Assembly (NCBI GenBank): GCA_016699265.1
Contig: CP064967.1
Coordinates: forward strand, 420,001 to 452,000
DNA length: 32,000 nucleotides
Reading direction: 5' to 3'
DNA from: Candidatus Saccharimonadota bacterium
GTDB taxonomy: Bacteria; Patescibacteriota; Microgenomatia; UBA1406; GWC2-37-13
Positions within the stretch are counted from its first letter, which is position 1. The number at the start of each line of letters is the position of its first letter. Made by a program: the position numbers and the translations under genes. The notes under the pieces are model-generated. The model did no database searches, was not told where the DNA came from, and saw only the letters and a program-made list of their open reading frames with translations. Positions 26,424 through 32,000 of this stretch are shown here, piece after piece.

Positions 26424-26993
26424 TTACTCAAATGTGTGACCAGTAGGAAATCCGGAACGTAATTTGATTTTTGGGTTCAGTTTAAGAGAAGAAATTCTGT
26501 GGAATCCAGGTCTGACATTAACCGCATGTGCTAAGGCATTTCTAAAAACCTCTTCGGTCTGTCCATCTATTCGTGAAGCATCAATGTGAAAAGAATTGTC
26601 CCCAGATATTACAACATGACCAGGCGTGCTTCTTAACAGTACTCCGGTGAAAATAACTTCGAAACCATTAGGAAGTAAATGAAACCCCCAACCCAACCCC
26701 GCATCAATACCGTTCTCACCACTTTGAGAAAATAGACCATCTATCCACCTTGTTTCGTCAGTGCCTACCAAGTCCTGTAAAACAGCTCGATCGATGGGTT
26801 CATGCGGAGATATGGAAGCATCTGGCCAGGCCTGTTCTTTTTGTTTGACGTACCAAGGTAACTGGAACTCCGCTCTTAGTTTGCGCAACTGACTGAGAGA
26901 AATTGCTCTATCCTGTTGTCGTATTTGCTCTGCAACAGCTTTGTGGGTTTTCCACACTATCTCCGATCTTGTAGCTCCTTTTTCTATAGTCAT
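26424..26993 (-). CDS. hypothetical protein (189 aa), no family recognised
   Basis: Long ORF whose ATG lies 7 nt downstream of a TTGATT-16-TATAAT promoter. Soluble; Arg/His/Gly/Trp-rich. Confidence 0.6.
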   Translation of the reverse strand: MTIEKGATRSEIVWKTHKAVAEQIRQQDRAISLSQLRKLRAEFQLPWYVKQKEQAWPDASISPHEPIDRAVLQDLVGTDETRWIDGLFSQSGENGIDAGLGWGFHLLPNGFEVIFTGVLLRSTPGHVVISGDNSFHIDASRIDGQTEEVFRNALAHAVNVRPGFHRISSLKLNPKIKLRSGFPTGHTFE

Positions 26994-27000
26994 AGTTAGG

Positions 27001-27028
27001 ATTATACTACTCTAGCAGCTAAAATCAA
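27001..27028 (-). promoter_or_regulatory. sigma70-like promoter TTGATT-16 nt-TATAAT, 7 nt upstream of the ATG at 26993 (leaderless)
   Basis: Minus strand reads gcTTGATTttagctgctagagtagTATAATcctaactATG; it starts 1 nt after the dnaE stop. Confidence 0.55.
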
Positions 27029-27029
27029 G

Positions 27030-30000
27030 CTATCCTAGCTTCATCGCAACATCAAGAAGAACATTTACCTGATCATCTTTTTCCGAGACGGTTCCCTTAA
27101 AAATAATCACCTGATTGATGTGAAGTATGCTCTCGAATTTTTTAAATAATTTCGGGAAGACAACTACTTCTACGGTGCCCGTCTCATCAAATACCGAAAG
27201 GAAGGCCATCTCAAGATTGTCCTTTTTTGTCTTTATTACCTTTCGACCACTTATTATTCCGACAAGGACAACCTTTGAGTTCTGGTCGTCAAGATTGAGA
27301 AGTCCGATTTTTTTTGTTGCTTTCTTTTCAATAATTTCTGCAAATTTTTCTAGCGGATTCTTATTGATTAAAAAGCCTATAACTTCCTTTTCCATTGCAT
27401 ATATCTCATCTTCAGATACCTCAGGTAGCTGTGGAAAAGTATCATGAGTTACCGATGCTTCATTTGCTTCGGTAAAAAGATCAAACTGACCTTTGTCCTG
27501 AGTCTCTCTAGAACTTTGAATATCCCGAACAAGAGTTGGATAGTTGGCAAGAAGAGTACCTCTGTTTGAAAATAAATGAAACGCTCCAGCTTTTACCAAG
27601 CTCTCAACGGTCTTCTTGTTCACGCGTCTGAGGTCAACACGTCGTAAAAAATCTGTAAAACTTTCAAACTGTTTCTTAGTTCGTTCCTCAACGATTGCCT
27701 CTATAGCAGATCTACCTACATTTTTAATAGCTGATAGTCCAAATCTAATTCCTCCATCCTCAATCTTGAAGCTAGAGTCTGATTTTGTAATGTCTGGAGG
27801 AAGTACTACTATCTCCATTCTTTTACATTCCTCTAAAGTCTGGGACATCTTGATTTCCCTCATTGGTCCGGCTACTCCCTGAAGTTCCGCTGTAAGAAGT
27901 GAGGTCATGAACTCAACTGGGTAGTTCGCCTTCATATATGCGGTCCAGTATGCAATCAAGGCATAAGAGGCGGCATGTGCTTTATTAAATCCGTAAGCTG
28001 CAAACTTCTCAATAAAGCCAAAGATCTGTTCAGCAAGTTTTTTAGAGTATCCTTTTTTTACACAGCCATCTATAAAGTTTTTTTTACCCTTTTCCATTAA
28101 GGCTTTCTTCTTTTTTCCTACAGCCATTCTTAGAAGATCTGCCTCGCTCATTGAGAATCCAGCTAAGGTTGTCGCAATGTTCATTACCTGCTCCTGATAA
28201 ACTAGAATTCCATATGTCTCCTCAAGTACCGGCTTGAGATCTTTATGAGGGTACCTTACTGATTTAGGGTTTGCTTTTCCTTGTATGAAGGATGGGATAA
28301 GGTCCATTGGTCCTGGTCTAAACAGTGCAACCATCGCGATAATATCATTTATTCTTTCTGGTTTGAGATCTTTAGCGAGCCTTCGCATGCCTGCTGACTC
28401 AAGTTGAAATACGCCAATAGTATCACCTCGACTAATTAGTTCGAATGCTTTAGTATCGGTTATAGGTACCTCATGTATATCTATCAGCGTTCCTGTTGAG
28501 TCCTGAACAAACCGAAGCGCATCTTCAAGAATAGTTAAGTTACGAAGACCGAGGAAGTCCATCTTCATAAGACCAAGTGCTTTGTTATCGGACACTGCAT
28601 TAAGATCGAGATCATACATGTCGAACTGAGTTATTATTTTTTCGTCCTTGGGTTCTCTTTGTAGTGGAACATACTCAACTAACGGCTTATCTGAGATAAT
28701 AACTCCGGCGGCATGAACCGATGCATGTCGCGGCAAACTCTCCAGTCGCTGTGCAATATCAAGAATTTTTTTGGTTTCTGGTTCAGTGGTATAGGCCAGT
28801 TTAAGTTCAGCGGTTTCCTCAATAGCTTGTTTTAGTTTGAGGTGAAAACCTTGTTTGGGTGGTGGTACCATCTTTGCGATACGATCGGCTTGACCGTAGG
28901 ACATCCCTAGAGCTCTTGCAACGTCGCGAATTGCCATTCTGGATTCCATAGTTCCAAAAGTGATTATCTGTGCAACCCTATCTTCACCGTATCGTTTTCG
29001 CACATACTGAATTACCTCATCCCTTCTTCGATCTGCGAAATCAATATCAATATCTGGAGGGGAAGGTCTGTCCGGATTTAAAAAACGTTCGAATGGAAGA
29101 TTGTATTCGAGTGGATTGATATCCGTTATTTTTAGACCGTAAGATACCAAAGAACCCGCCGCAGATCCTCGTCCTGGTCCAACCGCAATTCCTTGTGCTT
29201 TTGCCCAGTTAACAAAATCAGCCACTACTAAAAAGTAATTAGCATACCCCTTTTGATTTATTACACCAAGTTCATAATTAATTCTTTTAACAACCTCAAT
29301 TTGGTCATTCGCTTTTACTCGGTCAATACTATTTAGGGTTTTTTGCTTAAGAAATTCCTCTGGAGTTTCACCAGTCGTTATTGGGTAGTTTGGAATAATT
29401 AGTTTTCCGTGGGGTATCTCAAGGTTGCACTGATTAGCAATCTTAACGGAATTTTCAATAGCTTCGGGTAAATCTACAAAGTCTGCCATCATCTCCTCTG
29501 GAGTTTTGAAGTAGTAGTCTGGAGTACTAAGCATACTCAGTGGTCTATTTTGCTCATGAATGGACCGTGCTGTTCGAATACATAGCAAGACTTCCTGAGC
29601 ATAGGCATCGTCTTTCTCGAGATAGTGAACGACATTGGTTGCGACTAGTGGAACACTAAACTCTCTGGACATTCGCAGTAGCTCCTTATTGACTGTATCG
29701 TTTTCGGGGACATTAGGGTGTCTTTGCATCTCGAGATAGAAGTTATCTTTGAAAATGCTGAGATACTTTTGAAGTATCTCATCTGCCTTTTTCACTTCAT
29801 TTTGTAAAATAAGTTCGGGAAGCTCTCCATTGAGACATCCTGACAAGCAAATCAAACCTTCGCTATATTTTTCGAGCAGCTCAAAATCTACCCTTGGTTT
29901 GTAATAGAAACCTTCAAGATGTGCAGTTGTTATGAGTTTCAGGAGATTCTGGTATCCGGTGTAGTTTTTGGCGAGTAATACTAAGTGGTTTTGGTCGCGA

Positions 30001-30245
30001 TCAAGTCCAGATTCTTTGTCATGACGCGAACGCTTTGCTTTATAAGTTTCTACACCAATAATCGGTTTAATTCCTGCGTCTTTCGCTTTGATATAAAACT
30101 GAAAAGCTCCATACAGCGCGCCATGATCAGTAATTGCTACTGCGGGCATATTATGCAGTTTGGCCTTAGCGATAATCTCGTCCATTCTGGCCATTCCATC
30201 AAGTAGTGAGTATTCTGTGTGACAGTGAAGATGGACAAAAGACAT
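27030..30245 (-). CDS. dnaE: DNA polymerase III subunit alpha
   Basis: 1071 aa. PHP domain N-terminus (FVHLHCHTEYSLLDG), polymerase core (PDIDIDF) and a C-terminal OB region. Confidence 0.96.
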   Translation of the reverse strand: MSFVHLHCHTEYSLLDGMARMDEIIAKAKLHNMPAVAITDHGALYGAFQFYIKAKDAGIKPIIGVETYKAKRSRHDKESGLDRDQNHLVLLAKNYTGYQNLLKLITTAHLEGFYYKPRVDFELLEKYSEGLICLSGCLNGELPELILQNEVKKADEILQKYLSIFKDNFYLEMQRHPNVPENDTVNKELLRMSREFSVPLVATNVVHYLEKDDAYAQEVLLCIRTARSIHEQNRPLSMLSTPDYYFKTPEEMMADFVDLPEAIENSVKIANQCNLEIPHGKLIIPNYPITTGETPEEFLKQKTLNSIDRVKANDQIEVVKRINYELGVINQKGYANYFLVVADFVNWAKAQGIAVGPGRGSAAGSLVSYGLKITDINPLEYNLPFERFLNPDRPSPPDIDIDFADRRRDEVIQYVRKRYGEDRVAQIITFGTMESRMAIRDVARALGMSYGQADRIAKMVPPPKQGFHLKLKQAIEETAELKLAYTTEPETKKILDIAQRLESLPRHASVHAAGVIISDKPLVEYVPLQREPKDEKIITQFDMYDLDLNAVSDNKALGLMKMDFLGLRNLTILEDALRFVQDSTGTLIDIHEVPITDTKAFELISRGDTIGVFQLESAGMRRLAKDLKPERINDIIAMVALFRPGPMDLIPSFIQGKANPKSVRYPHKDLKPVLEETYGILVYQEQVMNIATTLAGFSMSEADLLRMAVGKKKKALMEKGKKNFIDGCVKKGYSKKLAEQIFGFIEKFAAYGFNKAHAASYALIAYWTAYMKANYPVEFMTSLLTAELQGVAGPMREIKMSQTLEECKRMEIVVLPPDITKSDSSFKIEDGGIRFGLSAIKNVGRSAIEAIVEERTKKQFESFTDFLRRVDLRRVNKKTVESLVKAGAFHLFSNRGTLLANYPTLVRDIQSSRETQDKGQFDLFTEANEASVTHDTFPQLPEVSEDEIYAMEKEVIGFLINKNPLEKFAEIIEKKATKKIGLLNLDDQNSKVVLVGIISGRKVIKTKKDNLEMAFLSVFDETGTVEVVVFPKLFKKFESILHINQVIIFKGTVSEKDDQVNVLLDVAMKLG

Positions 30246-30267
30246 ATGTAATTACCCTAATTAATCT

Positions 30268-30350
30268 AATTTCTAATTAACCTAAAGAATTGGGTTATTG
30301 TAGATTGTTTTATTGATTAGAGCAATTAGAATAATTAGGAATTAGAAATT
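30268..30350 (-). repeat. MITE-like intergenic element, copy 2 (inverted relative to copy 1)
   Basis: Inverted repeats AATTTCTAATT (30268-30278) and AATTAGAAATT (30340-30350). AATTAGGAATTAGAAATT (30333-30350) and TTAGAGCAATTAG (30317-30329) are exact reverse complements of 9994-10011 and 10015-10027. Confidence 0.65.
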
Positions 30351-31648
30351 GCCTCTACTAGTTTATCTTTAATTAGGTTCGCCTCTGCTTGACCCTTCAT
30401 CTCCCTCATGACTTGCCCAACTAAAAACATAAGAGATGAAAGTTTCCCCGCCTTATAGTTGGTCACTACGTCACTATTTTCTGCGATCACCTTCTTAATT
30501 GCCAGCATTAGAGTAGGCATATCGGTTTTCTTCGTACTTAATAGTTTCGTCGCCTGTGAGATAAACTCTTCGATCGAGACGTTAGTTGCCAGTTTGCTAT
30601 TAATTACTAAGTTGGCAATTTTCTGAGGTTCAAGGTCGCTTAACTCAACGACTTTTTCAAAGTACTTAACTAACTCGAAGTCTTTCGTTAAGATCCTAGC
30701 ATCTATTTCCTTAATTTTTAGTTCCTTAACATAACGATCTATTTTTGCGGTTGGCAACTCCGGTAATGCAATAGAGTCAATGAACTTCTGCTCAAAAACA
30801 AATGGAGGAATGTCCGGTTCTGGAAAATATCGATAGTCATGAGCCTCCTCTTTCGATCTTTGACTCACGGTTTTCATTGTCTTTTCGTCATAACCTCTAG
30901 TTTCCTGCTCAGGCGTTTTGCTTTGATCCAAAATTTCAGCCTGCCGAGTCAATTCATAGTCAATAGCCTTTTTGACAAAGTTGAAAGAATTAATATTCTT
31001 AACCTCAACTTTATAGTTTGGTAGTTCTCTAACATCCGACTTCTGATCACCGACAACTCGCAGCGATATATTTGGTTCCATCCTCATTGAACCTTTCTCC
31101 ATATCCGCATCGGAAACCTCAAGATAACGGATTATCGTATGAAGCTCCTGTAAAAATTCTTTAACCTCATCCGAGTTGGTAAAGTCTGGTTCGGTCACAA
31201 TCTCGACAAGTGGCACACCTGATCGGTTGAAATCAACTAGCGAGTCCTCTCCGACATGGAGTAACTTTCCGGTATCCTCTTCCATGTGAACTCTGGTAAT
31301 ACCAAATGTTTTTTCGCCGACTTTCAAAGAGCCATTTATAGCTACTGGTTCGTCATACTGACTTATTTGATAGCCTTTTGGAAGATCTGGATATGAGTAG
31401 TGCTTCCGATCAAACTTGGTACTCACATTAATCGTGCAGTTTAGCGCTTTACCGATTTTAATGCACCAGTCGAGGGCAACTCTGTTTGGTGCGGGAAGAG
31501 CGCCTGGAAGACCTAGGCACACAGGGCAGGTGTTACTGTTCGGCTCTTTTCCAAAGTACTCCGCAGAGCACTGACAGAACATTTTGGACTTTGTACTCAG
31601 TTCGACATGTATTTCCAGGCCGATGACCGGTGAGTATGATTGCGTCAT
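30335..31648 (-). CDS. gatB: Asp-tRNA(Asn)/Glu-tRNA(Gln) amidotransferase subunit B
   Basis: 437 aa. The N-terminus YSPVIGLEIHVELSTKSKMFC...CPVCLGLPGALP is diagnostic. Confidence 0.95.
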   Translation of the reverse strand: MTQSYSPVIGLEIHVELSTKSKMFCQCSAEYFGKEPNSNTCPVCLGLPGALPAPNRVALDWCIKIGKALNCTINVSTKFDRKHYSYPDLPKGYQISQYDEPVAINGSLKVGEKTFGITRVHMEEDTGKLLHVGEDSLVDFNRSGVPLVEIVTEPDFTNSDEVKEFLQELHTIIRYLEVSDADMEKGSMRMEPNISLRVVGDQKSDVRELPNYKVEVKNINSFNFVKKAIDYELTRQAEILDQSKTPEQETRGYDEKTMKTVSQRSKEEAHDYRYFPEPDIPPFVFEQKFIDSIALPELPTAKIDRYVKELKIKEIDARILTKDFELVKYFEKVVELSDLEPQKIANLVINSKLATNVSIEEFISQATKLLSTKKTDMPTLMLAIKKVIAENSDVVTNYKAGKLSSLMFLVGQVMREMKGQAEANLIKDKLVEAISNS

Positions 31649-31725
31649 AATTAATTTATATTTTTTAGTTATTTATTTTTATTCAATTTGTAATTGATTA
31701 AGAACTTGAAACTAAGAACTAAGAA

Positions 31726-32000
31726 TTACTCATACCTTTTCAGTAATGCTTCTCGAACGCCCATAAAGTTTGTTTCCTGTTCTAGTTGGTATGCAATAGA
31801 TAATATCTTTTCCTCTTGTAATCTACCTGCCATAAATTGGAGTCCGATAGGGAGATTTTGGGAATCAAGGCCCATTGGGACATTAATTGCTGGGATTCCT
31901 GCTGCAGCGGCCGGTTCATTCAAAACATCCATTACCTCTCCAAAGAACGGGTACTTCTCGAACTCACCTTTTTGATGGCGGTAAGGGGAGTTGTCGGAGC
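31726..32000 (-). CDS. gatA: Glu-tRNA(Gln) amidotransferase subunit A, C-terminal part; the gene continues past the window end
   Basis: The frame is open to the window edge (...SDNSPYRHQKGEFEKYPFFGEVMDVLNEPAAAAGIPAINVPMGLDSQNLPIGLQFMAG...), the amidase C-terminal pattern. The track ORF start at 31932 is an internal Met. Confidence 0.85.
   Translation of the reverse strand, partial: SDNSPYRHQKGEFEKYPFFGEVMDVLNEPAAAAGIPAINVPMGLDSQNLPIGLQFMAGRLQEEKILSIAYQLEQETNFMGVREALLKRYE

Overview
Manual read, no tools. This is a 32-kb, AT-rich, very gene-dense bacterial chromosome segment with most genes on the minus strand.

Core genes, in order:
- partial family-5 ABC substrate-binding protein and secG
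- a tight uvrB-uvrA-(secreted transglutaminase-like protein)-uvrC block
- dedA and rsmI
- rplS, pyrG and topA
- a complete F1Fo ATP synthase operon (atpZ-B-E-F-H-A-G-D-C)
- dnaE, gatB and the 3' end of gatA

Accessory genes between these blocks look different in composition by eye:
- a divergent pair of phosphoribosyltransferase-like genes
- an 84-aa GIY-YIG ORF fused onto tRNA-Glu(UUC)
- three orphan ORFs (197, 113 and 189 aa), each with a near-consensus promoter abutting its ATG
- a two-gene membrane-protein operon

The compaction (UvrC without the HhH tail, a 94-aa delta subunit) suggests a reduced-genome lineage such as Patescibacteria/CPR; this is inference only. I saw no rRNA, CRISPR array, integrase or transposase.

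Most notable observations:
1. The GIY-YIG ORF lies between a displaced 5' fragment of tRNA-Glu and the intact tRNA, and it terminates inside the tRNA.
2. Several families of structured intergenic repeats occur: an ~85-93 nt element with 11-bp terminal inverted repeats, a ~120-137 nt intercistronic element, a 45-nt double hairpin, and a heptad array filling the atpD-atpC spacer.
3. Many genes have a TATAAT box 5-8 nt upstream of the ATG, which implies leaderless mRNAs.
4. Two patches of single-base indels plus one in-frame TAA disrupt rplS, pyrG, atpG and atpA. These may be sequence errors or real decay.

I found no recognisable complete defence or secretion system. The candidates for undescribed biology are the accessory orphans, the PRTase pair and the repeat families.
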